Origin: Mobula hypostoma
Taxonomy: Eukaryota
Assembly: GCF_963921235.1 (NCBI RefSeq)
Contig: NC_086097.1
Coordinates: 91,700,001-91,764,000 of the forward strand
Direction: 5' to 3'
DNA: 64,000 nt
Part shown: piece by piece, positions 1-13,352 of the stretch
How the letters are laid out: every line of letters starts with the position of its first letter
How positions within the stretch are numbered: position 1 is the stretch's first letter
Program-made: the position numbers and the translations under genes
The notes under the pieces: generated by a model
What the model was told of the DNA's origin: nothing
Seen by the model: the letters and a program-made list of their open reading frames with translations, nothing else
Databases searched by the model: none

Positions 1-2340
1 ATTCCACAAAACCAGGAAAAATGCAAGGCTGGATAATTACAAGTGTCAGATCTCTCAGTGGGAGAGCATTTTGGAGATAGTGATCATAATTCTATCTCCT
101 TCACAATAGCACTGGAGAGAAAGAGGCACAGACAAGTTAGAAAAGCATTTTATTGGAGTCTGGGGAATTATGAGTCTATCAGGCAGGAAATTGGAGGCTT
201 AAATTAGAAACAGATGTTCTCAGGGAAAAGTACGGAAGAAATGTGGCAAATGTTTAGGGGATATCTGTGTGGAGTTCTGCATAGGAACGTTCCAATGAGA
301 CAGGGAAGTTATGGTAGGGTACAAGAACCGTGGTGTACAAAGACTGTAATAAATCTAGTCAAGAAGAAAAGAAAAGCTTACAAAAGGTTCAGAGAGTGAG
401 GTAATGTTAGAGATCTAGAAGTTTATAAGCCTAACAGGAAGGAGCTTAAGAAGGAAATTAGGAGAACCAGAAGGGGCCATGAGAAGGCCTTGGCGGGCAG
501 GATTAAAATAAACCCCAAGGCATTCTACAGGTATGTGAAGACCAAGAGGATAAGACGTGAAAGAATAGGACCTATCAAGTGTGACAGTGGGAAAATGTGT
601 ATGGAACCAGAGGAAATAGCAGAGGTACTTAATGAATATTTTACTTCAGTATTCACTACGGAAAAGGATCTTGGCAATTGTAGGGATGATTTGCAGCAGA
701 CTGAAAAGCTTGAGCATGTAGATATTAAGAAAGAGGATGTGCTGGAGCTTCTGGAAAGCATCAAGTTGGGTAAGTCGCCGGGACTGGATGAGATGTACCC
801 GAAGCTACTGTGGGAGGTGAGGGAGAAGATTGCTGAGCCTCTGGCGATGATCTTTGCATCATCAATGGGGATGGGAGAGGTTCCGCAGGATTAGAGGGTT
901 GCGGATGTTGTTCCTTTATTCAAGAAAGGGAGTAGAGATAGCCCAGGAAATTATAGAACAGTGAGTCTTACCTCAGTGGTTGGTAAGTTGATGGAGAAGA
1001 TCCTGAGAGGCAGGACTTATGAACATTTGGAGAGGTATAATATGATTAGGAGTAGTCAGCATGGCTTTGTCAAGGGCAGGTTGTGCCTTACGGGCTTGAT
1101 TGAATTTTTTGAGGATGTGACAAAACACATTGATGAAGGAAGATCGGTAGATGTAGTGTATATGGATTTCAGCAAGGCATTTGATAAGGTACCCCATGCA
1201 AGGCTTATTGAGAAAGTAAGGAGGCATGGGATCCAAGGGGACATTGCTTTCTGGATCCAGAACTGGCTTGCCCACAGAAGGCAAAGAGTGGTTGCAGACA
1301 AGTCATATTCTGCATGGAGGTTGGTCACAAGTGGAGTGCCTCAGGGATCTGTTCTGGGACCCTTGCTCTTCGTGATTTTTATAAATGACCTGGATGAGGA
1401 AGTGGAGGGATGGGTTAGTAAGTTTGCTGATGACACAAAGGTGGAGGGTGTTGTGGATAGTGTGGAGGGCTGTCAGAGGTTACAGCGGGACATTGATTGA
1501 ATGCAAAACTGGGCTAAAAAGTGGCAGATGGAGTTCAACCCAGATAAGTGTGAAGTGGTTCATTTTGGTAGGTTAAATATGATGGCAGAATATAGTATTA
1601 ATGGTAAGACTCTTGGCAGTGTGGAGGATCAGAGGGATCTTGAGGTCCGAGTCCATAGGGCACTCAAAGCAGCTGCACAGGTTGACCCTGTGATTAAGAA
1701 GGCGTACGGTGTATTGGCCTTCATCAATCGTGGAATTGAATTTAGGAGCCGAGAGATAATGTTGCAGCTATATAGGACTTGGTCAGACCACACTTGGAGT
1801 TACTGTGCTCAGTTCTAGTCACCTCACTACAGGAAGGATATGGAAGCCATAGAAAGGGTGCAGGGGAGATCTACAAGGATCTTGCCTGGATTGGGGAGCA
1901 TGCCTTGTGAGAACAAGTTGAGTGAACTCGGCCTTTTCGTCTTGGAGTGACATAGGATGAGAGCTGACCTGATAGAGGTGTATAAGATGATGAGAGGCAT
2001 TGATCGTGTGGATATGTCAGAGGCTTTTTCCCAGGGCTGAAATGGTTGCCACAAGAGGACACAGGTTTAAGGTGCTGGGGAGTAGGTACAGAGGAGATGT
2101 CTGGGGTAAGTTTTTTACTCAGAGAGTGGTGAGTGCGTGGAATGGGCTGCTGGCAACGGTGGTGGAGACAGATATGATAGCACTTTTTTTAAGAGACTTT
2201 TAGATAGGTACATGGAGCTTAGTAAAATAGAGGGCTGTAGGTAAGCCTAGTATTTTCTAAGGTCGGGACATGTTCGGCACAACTCTGTGGGCCTAAGGGC
2301 CTGTATTGTGCTGTAGGTTTTCTATGTTTCTATGTTTCTA
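1..2340 (+). mobile_element. CR1 LINE, ORF2 (end of endonuclease, RT, C-terminus) plus 3' UTR; disrupted; runs off the left edge
   Basis: Broken ORFs 214-2203 with [42 protein letters not shown]. Ends in a (TTTCTATG)n CR1 tail at about 2318-2340. Confidence 0.95.
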
Positions 2341-3577
2341 ATTACTGTCCAATTTATTTTCAATTAGCATAATTAAGCAGAAAATAGGAATGATAAATGA
2401 TCAGTGGAGAAAGGAAAGTGAAAAATTGTTGGGGACAAAGCCAGGTCGAATTTTAAAAACAAAAACTGGAAGAAAATTATGAGGAATATCATAGAAGTAG
2501 TGATTAGCAGTTAGATTTGCAAATGTTAAAATTGTAATAGGTACAGTTCATGTAAGAGACACCTGGATCAGATTGAGTTGAAGTAGAACTGTGTTAATTG
2601 CTCGGATTTTGTTTCTGTAATATTACTACAAGAAAGAAGATTGATAGTTTCATTATCTTTGTGAATGTCAAAATGCATTATTATATCAAAAACAATTTTA
2701 CTGAGCAACAGCATGTGTATCTGTTTGGAATTCATGTTAACACCTATGTTTGAAGTTTTTTTTATGCCATGTCATACCTACAAAACATTATCGACCCCAC
2801 ACTAATCAGTTCTGAATAAAGAGGCACGGGATCAAAGAATGATGAAAACTAATCTGTCCCACTTACTAAACAAAACCACGTCTAAGTCAAAATGGGTTTC
2901 CTGAAGGTCATTTTTGTAGCTTGTTTTCTTACTGTAAATTAACTGTTAGTGTAGGCAAATGACTGAAGGAATAAAAGGGAACCTGAACAAGCATGCATGA
3001 GAAGGAACAGGTTGCAAGGGTCCAAGAAAATAAAGGACCCCATGGACTGGATAGTTTCCTTCTGTATTGTTAGAACAAAAAGCCAAGATAAGCTAATGCT
3101 GCAAGACTACATAAACATTCAAGTTTGTACAAGTAAGCAGAGGATAAAGGAAAAAAGCACAAGTAGTTTTTGAGAAAAGTACATGCAATTTACTTGAAAG
3201 ATCATGACTCAAAAATGAGACATGATGTCATTTTGGCAATCAGAACCTATAAGCATTGCAGTTTATGATGAATTCTAGAGGCTCCAACCAAAGCACAAGT
3301 GTGTAATCCAATGACAGCAATGATAGCACTCTGATTGACACTGGAGAATTTCAAACTGGAGTTTCTGGAGCTCATATGACTTATTACTGACCTGTAATAA
3401 TACAGTTGTGAAGATAATTTAGTTTATTCATACATTGATAATTCTATGGTATCAGCCTCAGGAAAAAAAGCTATTAAAGACAAAATTTAAATTTTGATTG
3501 CTTGAAAACTCATGGGAAATGTCACGCAGTTTGATGCTATGGCATTAGCATGCCAAATATCAAAGCATAGTTCATAT

Positions 3578-4546
3578 TGTCACGTACCCCGTGACGGGTT
3601 AAAGAACCAGCAGAGATGGAAAACACTTTGGGGTCCAGTATTGCTATTAACTAATATTATTTATTAGTAACTACGCAATACAGAAATTTAAATGCAGATA
3701 AATCAAACAGGTTAGCAATGATTATATATAAGTAAGTGTGGAATATATAGGAAAACCACGCTTCTTCAAGTCTAGGGGTAAATAGATAGTCTTACGATGA
3801 TGAGTCAAGTTCAGTGCAGTTCGTGGTATTGAGTTGAGTAGTAATGAAGAGAGAGAGCAGGAGAGATTTGAGTCTTCAGGTGAGCTGACGCCATCAATCT
3901 TCTCGTTGTCCTCCAAAATCCTTTAAAAGTCACCAACTGTGACTTCAACAAAGGGGACCGTTCTTCTGTGGTGAAGCTATCAACCCAGGCAAAGGTTGGA
4001 CACATGGACAACTTTCCACCAGTCACTCCCTTTTCTCACTGCAAGAGCCACTGATCGATCCACCTGATCGATCCTCCAAAAACCCACTTTTTCTGTGGGC
4101 ACAACAAAGCTCATTCAGTGTCCCAAAACATGTGCCTGAGGTCTATCATCTGACCTCCTATTTATCTCACCGTACTGAGTACCAACTGTCTCTCAAATAA
4201 CTCCTCCTTTCTTTGTCTGTGTAAAAATGTACAGGCAGGCAATGTCCTTGGAGAAAGTATAAATAACCTCCAGAGAAACCATAATCGATTGTCCATCAAA
4301 TAACGCCGCCCTCGATCACCATAGTGACTTGCGAGCTGCTCGGTGCTCCCTCTCTCCAACTCAGCAGAAAAGTTAGTCTCAGTTCCTCCTCGTGCCTTAA
4401 AGTGACAGTCCAAAAGTTAGTCTTCGTCTCTCTCTCTCTCTCTTTCTTCCTCTCTCTCTTAAAAACACAAGATGTCGGTGTTAAATAACTCTTTCTCTCT
4501 CTTTTCAAAAGCACAGTTCATAGGGGTAATTCAGGACCCCGTCACA
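3578..4546 (-). mobile_element. Solo LTR (Gypsy-like), 969 bp
   Basis: TGTCAC...GTCACA termini (TG..CA, imperfect inverted ends). Flanks ATAT/ATGT give a 4-bp TSD with one mismatch. Minus-strand AATAAA at 3660-3665. No internal coding sequence. Confidence 0.7.
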
Positions 4547-5234
4547 ATGTGCACTTATTATTGTTTCATATAACTTAATTTGGCTATGTAAATCTTGCAT
4601 TCAAGATTGAGCAAGCCTCTATTATTTTAATTCTTAACTGCTTTCAAGTGTGGCAAAGGGAGTGATGCTGTCTCTGGCTCTTTAAGCAGATATCTTTTCT
4701 GTCAGTTCAAACAGTTCAGGTAAATATAATAAATCCCACAGCACTCATTTAAAGAACAAGGTGATTTTCTTTTCCAGAAAAGTATTCTTTCCTAACATTT
4801 GTTTAGCCTCATATTTGCTGTTAGTAGATTCCACCTGTGCACAAAATGACATCAATGCTTTCCAAATGTAGCAGTCAACTGAAGGATGTCCTTTATCATA
4901 TTTTTGGAAGATTGTTCACTCTAACAAAAACGTTTAAAGAAAGAAGAGAAGCCAAGAATGAAAAGGAGACCTGGCATTATGACAGATTTTCTGGATTTCC
5001 ATTTGGTTAATTTTACAATACATAGCAAAAGATTAGAGAGGAAATTTTGGAGAATGAAGACAAGGAATCAGTATCTCAATTCAAAGAGCAGTAAATTATT
5101 GCAGTTGAATTTTACCATTAACAACCTGTGTCACAGGTGACCACAAACTTAACTTGATCAACCAAGTGACTGCAGTAATTGATTGATCACCTGCTTTCTT
5201 GGCATATATCACGCATAAACGGGAGTTGAGTATA

Positions 5235-5350
5235 TATACACCGGACTAGGCATGCCTAGGCATCACCTTGATGAAGATGGTGGAGTTTGTCATCAAAATG
5301 TTGATTAAAATCAACACTTGGACATGGCTGGAAGTCCGAGAAGAGTTTAC
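5235..5350 (+). repeat. Penelope-type terminal repeat fragment (family B) with decayed hammerhead motif
   Basis: Similar to 57935-58096 and, inverted, to 57654-57835. Contains TTGATGAAGATGG..GTCATCAAAATG, a decayed CTGATGA..GAAAC core. Confidence 0.55.
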
Positions 5351-5369
5351 GTATGATTGACCTTCGACT

Positions 5370-5801
5370 TCCCAAGGGCCTGTCTACTATGCAAAAGGTA
5401 CGAGTCTGGAATGAAGGAATTCTGGTCCAACAATACTCGAAAAGTTCCCTCACCATTCGAGAATGCCTGGTATGTCAAGAAGGCCTGGTATGGAAACACC
5501 AACGCCCTTGAATGGAAAATCCTATGGAAAATAGTGGATATGGCCCAGTCCATCAAGAGTAAATTCCTCCCACCACTGATCACATCTACACAGGAAAGCA
5601 GCATCTATCATCAAGGAACCCCATCATCCAAGTCAAGCTCACTTCTCGCTGCTGCCATCAGGAAGGTGGTACAGGACCCTCAGGACTCGCACCACTAGGT
5701 TCAGAACTTATTACCCCTCAACCATCAGGCTCTTGAACCAGTAGGGATAACTTCACTCAACTTTACTTGCCCCATCACTGAACTGTTTCCACAACATATG
5801 G
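5370..5801 (+). mobile_element. Rex1/Babar-like LINE 3' fragment
   Basis: Degenerate SLLPSGRRYR..TTRFRN..YPSTIRLLN C-terminus. The same sequence recurs at about 20060, 54640 and 61600. Confidence 0.75.
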
Positions 5802-5898
5802 CAAACACGAGGAAATCTGCAAATGCTGGAATTTCAAGCAACACACATAAAAATTGCTGGTGAACGCAGCAGGCCAGGCAGCATCTGTAGGAAGAGGT

Positions 5899-5938
5899 AC
5901 AGTTGACGTTTCGGGCCGAGACCCTTCGTCAGGACTAA
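5899..5938 (-). ncRNA. Minimal type-I hammerhead ribozyme motif (Penelope-associated)
   Basis: Minus strand reads AGTC-CTGACGA-AGGGTCTCGGCCC-GAAAC-GTC-AACT: intact CUGANGA/GAAA/GUC core, short stem II, palindromic ACGT stem III, one mismatch in stem I. Confidence 0.75.
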
Positions 5939-6165
5939 CTGAAAGAGATAGTAAGAGATCTGAAAGTGGGAGGGGGAGAGGGGAGATCCAAAATGATAGG
6001 AGAAGACAGGAGGGGGAAGGGATGGAGCTAAGAGCTGGAAAATTGATTGGCAAAAGGGATATGAGAGGATCATGGGACGAGAGGCCTAGGGAGAAAGAAA
6101 GGGGGAGGGGGGGAAGCCCAGAGGATGGGCAAGGGGTATACTGAGAGGGACAGAGGGAGGAAAAG

Positions 6166-6290
<125 letters not shown>

Positions 6291-8612
6291 TGGATAACTA
6301 ACAGATGGGGTACGAAGGGGAGGTGGGGCATTAACGAAAGTTAGAGAAGTCAATGTTCATGCCATCAGGCTGGAGGCTACCCAGACGGAATACAAGGTGT
6401 TGTTCCTCCAACCTGAATGTGGCTTTATCTTGACAGTGGAGGAGGCCGTGGATAGACATATCAGAATGGGAATGGGACGTGCAATTAAAATGTGTGGCCA
6501 CTGGGAGATCCTGCTTTCTCTGGCGGACAGAGCGTAGGTGTTCAGCAAAATGGTCTGCCAGACTGTGTCAGGTCTCGACAATATATAGAAGGCCACATTG
6601 GGAGCACCGGACGCAGTATATCACCCCAGCCGACTCACAGGTGAAGTGTCGCCTCACCTGGAAGGACTGTCTGGGACCCTGAATGGTGGTGAGGGAGGAA
6701 GTGTAAGGGCATGTGTAGCACTTGTTCCGCTTACAAGGATAAGTGCCAGGAGGGAGATCGGTGGGAAGGGATGGGGGGGTACAAATGGACAAGGGAGTTG
6801 TGAAGGGAGTGATCCCTGCAAAAAGCAGAAAAGTGGGGGGAGGAAAAGATGTGCGTAGTGGTGGGATCCCGTTGGAGGTGGCAGAAGTTACGGAGAATAA
6901 TATGTTGGACCCAGAGGCTGGTGGGGTGGCAGGTGAGGACAAGGGGAACCCTATTCTTAGTAGGGTGGCGGGAGTATGGGGTGAGAGCAGATGTTGATGG
7001 TGGAGGAAGGGAAGCCCCTTTCTTTAAAAAAAGAAGACATCTCCTTTGTCCTGGAATGAAAACCCTCAACCTGAGAGCAGATGCGGCGGAGACAGAGGAA
7101 TTACGAGAAGGGGATGGCATTTTTGCAAGAGACAGGGTGAGAAGAGGAATAGTCCAGGTAGCTGTGAGAGTCCGTAGACTTACAGTAGACATCAGTAGAT
7201 AAGCTGTCTTCGGAGATAGAGACAGAAAGATCAAGAAAAGGGAGGGAGGTGTCAGAAATGGATCAGGTAAACTTGAGGGCAGGGTAAAAGTTGGAGGCAA
7301 AGTTAATGAAGTCAACGAGCTCAGCATGTGTGCAGGAAGCAGCGCCAATGCAGTCATCGATGTAGTGAAGAAAAAGTGGGGGACAGATATCAGTATAGTT
7401 TTGGAACATGGATTGCTCTGCAAAGCCAACGAAAAGGTAGGCATAGCTGGGACCCATACGGGTGCCCATGGCTACACCTTTAGTTTGGAGGAAGTGGGAG
7501 GAGCCAAACCAGTTCCCCTCTACCGCCACTCTGCTCCATCTAGCAGAATTAGTCCTTACTCTTAATAATTTCTCCTTTGGCTCCCTTTAATTTTGAACTT
7601 TGAAGCTTGACTGTTAACCTATTCGCTGTTACATTCATCCGTACTTTTCTCCTGTAATGGTGTTTCAATGCATGGATTGCAGTAGCTTAAAATGGTTCAC
7701 TGCCCGCTTCTCAAAGACAATTGCAAATGATTGTAATACAATTCCAACCTCCTGCAAAAAATTCCTTTCTTCAATATAGCAATGAAGATGATCACATCAA
7801 AGTTATTTAATTTGCTTATTTAAGTAAATAAGTGACATACTTATTTTGCCAAAACATATTTGCCATTTTGAAATAAACTGCATTTTTAAGCAAAAAGTAT
7901 CAATTTATTGAGCAGAAGTGGAATAATTTTAATTATGTGGGATGTACAGTGGAAAGCTAGAGATAAGAGTTTGCTTTTATACTAATGATGACGAAAAGTT
8001 CTTGTGCTTATATGGCATCAAAACCACTTGGAAGGTGGGAAGTTTCTTGGACAGGATCATCTTTTCAGGTTTGATGACTTGTTACAAAGTAGAACCTTTT
8101 TCCCATTTTCAATATCCTGATTCCGATCCTCATTGTCTTTCTATCTGTGTTTCCTGCTGGTCTTTATGAAATCAGATGTCCAAATAGCCAAGTTTTTCCT
8201 CCTGAGTAGCAATTATATCACGTTATGAAAGTAAAAGACTTTTTCTATTACAAGATTGAAGAAAATATTCAATGTAAGCAGATTCAATTAGGCTAATTTG
8301 AGTACACAGAAACCCTTTTAAAAACGGGAATGTGCAATGGTATCTTTTATTTGTCTTACCTTTCTCTTTCTTTTCTATGGAGGAATGAATGGGCTGTATC
8401 ATATAAAGGGGAATCAGATATCAATTCTGGGATTACCTGATATGCGTCTGTACTGCAAGGATTGTGCTCCAAAACTTTTCATCAGACCGCCACCCTCCAA
8501 TCTTTGTTCAGTACAAAATCCCACGAAAAAATTAGTTTAATCAATGAATTTCCTTCTCCTTATTTTTAATAGAAAAAAGTTGGAAACAACAATGCAAAGT
8601 TGAATAGCTTAC

Positions 8613-8700
8613 CTGCATTTTAACAGCAATTACTACTGAAGTAAGTTCCTTATCCAACTCCTTTACGACAACCAACTTCTTTAGCGTTAAACTGCATAAT
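8613..8700 (-). CDS. PACS2: Phosphofurin acidic cluster sorting protein 2, coding exon 2 (88 nt)
   Basis: Minus strand ttttccag|A TTA TGC AGT TTA ACG CTA AAG AAG...AAA ATG CAG|gtaagc gives (R)[29 protein letters not shown]. This matches recalled PACS2 (LCSL..VKMQ) better than PACS1 (LFSL..VKLQ). Canonical splice sites. Absent from the ORF track. Confidence 0.9.
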
Positions 8701-8859
8701 CTGGAAAACATACATAGGATTCTCTCAGGAAATATACGTGCACTGAAGCAAAACTCATTAGAACCTTAGGCAGACACTGCGTCACGTGCGCTCAGTTCAA
8801 CTTCCATCATGAACAACTCCACCAAATAATAGGAATGACTGGAAGTCTAATAATCCTAA

Positions 8860-9141
8860 TCTTAAAATGAGAGGGGAATAATTTAAGGTGATTGGAGTAA
8901 AGTATTGGGGGGGGGGGGGAAGGAGATGTCAGAGGTAGACATTTTTTTCCCACCTAGAGAGTGGTGACTATGTGGAACATGGTGCTGGGGTGGTAGTAGA
9001 GGTAAATACATTAGGGTAATTTAAAAGAAGCTTAGATAGGCACATGAATAAAAGAAAAACAGAGGGCTACAGTATGTGGGAGAGAGGGATTTTAGAGTTG
9101 TTAAAAGGTCAGCACAGCATTGTGGGCCAAAAGGTCTGTGC
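8860..9141 (+). mobile_element. Degraded CR1 3' end
   Basis: Similar to the 3' UTRs of the other CR1 copies (agagagtggtg...ggtcagcacagcattgtgggccaaaagg). Confidence 0.7.
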
Positions 9142-9775
9142 CATTCCTTGTTGAATGGCCAAGGAAAGCAATGGCAGACAGAAGATTTGCCAAAATGGAA
9201 AAAAATCACTCTTTACTCCTACCAAGTAATCTTGAGTTCCATTCTGTTGAAGACTGAGAATGATGATTGCAATACAAAAGTTATCATCCCATTAAACATA
9301 TAACAACTGAATGTTTGATTAATTTTTTGTATGACGTAAGGGTACACAGCTGCTAGGAAATGGAAGGTACCTCACACAGGTGGGACTGGGAAGAACTGGT
9401 CATTGTTAGGTTGCTGTTTATCTAGCAACATGGTTAAAGCTCTGTAATATAGGTGAAAGAAATGAGCATTTCATTTTTCCAGACCCTGCTTCTTATTAGC
9501 ATATTGACTAATGATGAAAAATGCTCAGATCATAAGACCGTAAGACACAAAAGCACAATTAGGCCATTTGACCCACCAAGTCTGCTCCACCATTTCACCA
9601 TGACTAATACATTTCCCTCTCAGCCCCATTTTCTTGCCTTCTCCCCATAACCTTTCACACCCTGATTAAGCACACCACAGCCATTTAAATGGTACAGAAA
9701 GAGAGGGAAAAAATACAAAAAGGAAACCTTATGTGGAGTGAGAGGAAGGATTTGTCTGATGTGAGAGATTTTATA

Positions 9776-11328
9776 CAGTGGTGCTAGAAAGTTTGTGAAC
9801 CCTGAAGAATTTTCTCTTTTTGCATAAATATGATCTTCACGTAAGACCTAAAACTAGATAATGAAAACCCAATTAAATATTAACACAACCAACATTATAC
9901 TTGTTTAATTATTTGAGAAAAATGATCCTATATCACATGTATTTTTTGGAAAAAGTATGTGAACCTCTGGGGTAATGCCTTCTACAAAAGCTATTTGGAG
10001 TCAAGTGTTCAATCAATGAGATGAGATTGGAGGTGTGGGTTGTAGAGGTGCCCTGCCCTATTAAAAAGACACCCAAAGTCAGGTTATTGACAGAGCCTGC
10101 TCTCCTCAAGAAAGGTCTGTTTATGTGCACCATGCCTCGATCAAAACAACTTTCAGAGGAACTTAGAAGAAGAATTGTAGAGATGCATGAAGCTGGAAAA
10201 GAGCTGAGTGTTCATCAGTCACAGTCAGAGAAATTGTCTACAAATGGAGGAAACTCAGTATTGTTGCTAATCTCCCTAGGAGTGGGCATCCTGCAAAGAT
10301 CACACTAAGAGTACAATGTGCAATGCTGGAGGAGGTGAGAAAGAACCCACCGGTAACAGCAAAAGACCTGCATAAATCTCTAGAACTTGCTAAAGTTTCT
10401 GTTCATGTGTCCACCACTGAAAAACACTGAACAAGAATGGTGTTCATGGAAGAACACCACAGCAGAAACCACTGCATGTCTCAAGTTTGCAAAGAACCAC
10501 CGGGACGTTCTAAAATGCTTCTGGGGCAATGTTCTGTGGACAGATGAGACAAAAGTTGCACTTTTTGCCATAAATGCATATTGCTATGTTTGGAGGAAAA
10601 AGGGCACTGCACACCAACACAAAAACCTCATCCCAACTGTGAAGCATGGGGGTAGGAGCATCATGTTTTTGGGCTGCTTTGCTGCCTCAGGGTCTGGACA
10701 GTTTGCAATCGTTGAGGGAGCAATGTTTCCAAAATTGTATCAAGACATTTTACAGGAGAATATCAGGGTAGCAGTCCATCACCTGAAGCTTAATAGAAGT
10801 TAGATGATGCAACAAGACAATGATCCAAAACACAAAAGTAAATCAACAACAAAATGGTTTAAAAAGAAGAAAATTTGTTGGTTGGAATGGCTGAGTCAAA
10901 GTCCTGACCTTAATCCTATAGAAATGTTCTGGAAGGACCTGAAGCAAGGAGTTCATGCAAAGAAGCCCACCAACATCCCACAGTTGAAGCAGTTTTGTAA
11001 GGAAAAATGGTCTAAAATTCATCCAAGCCGGTGTGCAGGACTGATCAACAGTTACCAGAAATGTTTGGTTGAAGTTATTGCTGTACAAGGGAGTCACACC
11101 AGTTACTGAAAGCAAAGGTTCACATACTTTTTCCAACAAGTACATGTAATATTGGATCATTTTTCTCAATAAATAAATGAATGAGTATAATATTTTTGTA
11201 TTATTTATTTAATTGGGTTCTCTTTATCTAGTTTTACGACTTACATGAAGATCTGATCACATTTTAGGTCATATTTATGCAGAAATAGAGAAAATTCTAC
11301 AGAGTTCGCAAACATTCTAGCACAACTG
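9776..11328 (+). mobile_element. Tc1 DNA transposon (IR/DR type, DD34E), complete but inactivated
   Basis: TA TSD at 9774-75 and 11329-30. About 200-bp TIRs starting CAGTGGTGCTAGAAAGTTTGTGAACC, with an inner direct repeat (GGAAAAAGTATGTGAACC). Transposase from ATG 10132 to 11109 with WTDETK, QQDNDPKH and SPDLNPIE; frameshifts and a stop. Confidence 0.95.
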
Positions 11329-11330
11329 TA

Positions 11331-13352
11331 AGTCCTTCAGCTATTACGTCACAGGTTCATAAATGCCGAAGTGTACCTGTGGAGAGCCAAAGCCATCGTA
11401 GGTTCGTAAGTGTTCTCTGGAGTCAAGCCCACACCTGATGGAGAAGAAGAATAAAAGGCTTGGGCTGAGCAGGCATCTCAATTACTGGATGAATGGCAGT
11501 GCTCAGATAATATGAATTAATCGAGACCGGTAGAGAGTTTAGAGGGTCCAGTGGCTGATATAGTGAGGTTCCTAAAGGCAGAAAACCCATGTTAGCTAAC
11601 TACATGCAAGCCCTAGAAGATGCTTTTGGCACTGCTGAAAGTTCAGTTGATCTTATGAAGAAGTTCCAGCACAGATTCCAGGAGGAAGGAGAGAAGCCGT
11701 CTGCCTACCTTTTCAGGTTAGAGAAGCTGCTGCATTGTTTGTGCCACAAAAGGGGCATTCAAGTGTCTGAGAGAAATTGCTTAAGGGTAGAACAAGTTGT
11801 GAAGGGCGCACTGTCACATGATATGATTGCTCTACGTATTCAAGTGACCCGCAAAATGCGTCCTCCTCCATCTTTTACTGAGTTACTCAGAGAAATTAGA
11901 GAGGAGGAAAATATGATTGAGGAGTGGAATGTTTCCAAAAGCCAAGTAATGTCTTCAGTGGTAGCCTCTGTTGCTAAGGTGACCCCTGCTGCCTTTTGAG
12001 GAATGAGGTGAAAAACCTTCGAGCTGAGCTGACTTGGTGAATGTCTGCTCATGTTTCAGCTAAACGTGACACATCCATTGGAAAACCCGAACTACCTGTA
12101 GGACTTACTAAGCAGAGGAATACTGCTGTAAAGGGTCTTTTGATTAGAGAGCTGACTGGTATTTTTTGTTACAACTGTGGAGAAGACGGACATTTCTAGC
12201 GAAACTGTGAGGAATAGGAAAATCTTCAAAAAGTAAGTCAGTGGTTAAAGAGAGAAGAAAAGAAGCAAAACTACGAAGGAACCCAGTAAAGGAGTAGGCT
12301 GGCCTCTTGGAGAGAATACATTCCAATCAGTGTATCAAGGGAAATACTAAAGTGCATAAGACTATGCGGGAAGGTTTAGAGGGACCCAGCTCTAATGTAT
12401 CCATACAGATTGAAGGTATTTATGCTAGAGGCATACTTGACACAGGTTCTCAAGTTACTTTACTTTACAGATCCTTTTACAACTGGTATTTGATGCATTT
12501 ACCATTGACGCCACTCAGTGCCTTTGAGATTTGGGGGCTTAGTGATGATGATTACCCGTACGATGGTTACTTGTCGTTGAAACTGGAATTTTCAGAAGCA
12601 GATGTTAGAGTAGCTGAGACTATTGATATGCCAGTGTTGATCAGCCCAGATCCAGCTGAAAAAAGTGAAGCTACCGTTCTTGTGGAAACAAATACTCCTA
12701 TTGTGAGAATGCTCCTGGGAGCATGTAAGGAGAAAAATGGAGAGAATTTTTTTGAAAACTTTGTCCATTCACCCAGTGTTCAGAGCTGCTTTTGAGAAGG
12801 TGCAAGTTCCTCCTAAGCAGAAAAATTAGCACAGATGAGGAACTGAGTGATACACTCATTTTAAACCTTTCATGTTACGTCCTGGGGAAGTAGCTAGAGT
12901 GACAGAGGACACCCCTTTCTGAGAGAGGCCTCACCGGTTAGCACCAGCAGAGGTTGAAGATGTTTGGCAGCACCTGCTTAAACTGAGGTAAGCTGAGTTC
13001 AGTCAGGGGGCAAGAGGAACTGAGTTGCTGGAAGGTACGAGTGATAGACAGGGGGAAACATCCCCAAGTAAAAAGGAACAGCCACATGGAGTGCCAGAGG
13101 CTAAAAAAGTTGAAAATGAGACAAGAAGGTATCAGAGAGACAGGAGACCACCAGCTAAACTGGCATATGATGCACCTGGGAAACAGTATCATGTCATTCC
13201 CAATGGTGAGATATATTACTTCTATTTACAAATGGATTGTGGGTCCTGAGATCACAAAATTCATTTGAATACTATGATATTAATAATGGTTTGATAAGTT
13301 CCAAAGGCTTACAAAAGTCATGAGGGCATGACTATTTTTGGTGGAGGGAGAA
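11331..13352 (+). mobile_element. Decayed Ty3/Gypsy internal region: PNMA-like gag, zinc knuckle, protease; RT/IN largely deleted; PPT
   Basis: FSGVKPTPDGEEE..W..QA..LLDEWQCSD, ALEDAFG, YLFRLEKLL, FCYNCGEDGH (about 12164-12193), LDTGSQVT. Purine-rich GGTGGAGGGAGAA lies directly before TG at 13353. The gag frame continues left of the Tc1 (about 9730-9775). Confidence 0.85.

Noticed and set aside
8778..8795. GTCACGTG E-box/CLEAR-like motif near exon 2
   Set aside because: A single short motif is expected by chance; no promoter context.
11589..12795. Domesticated PNMA-like host gene
   Set aside because: Multiple stops and frameshifts, a Tc1 insertion, and a linked protease, PPT and LTR show a decayed retrotransposon.
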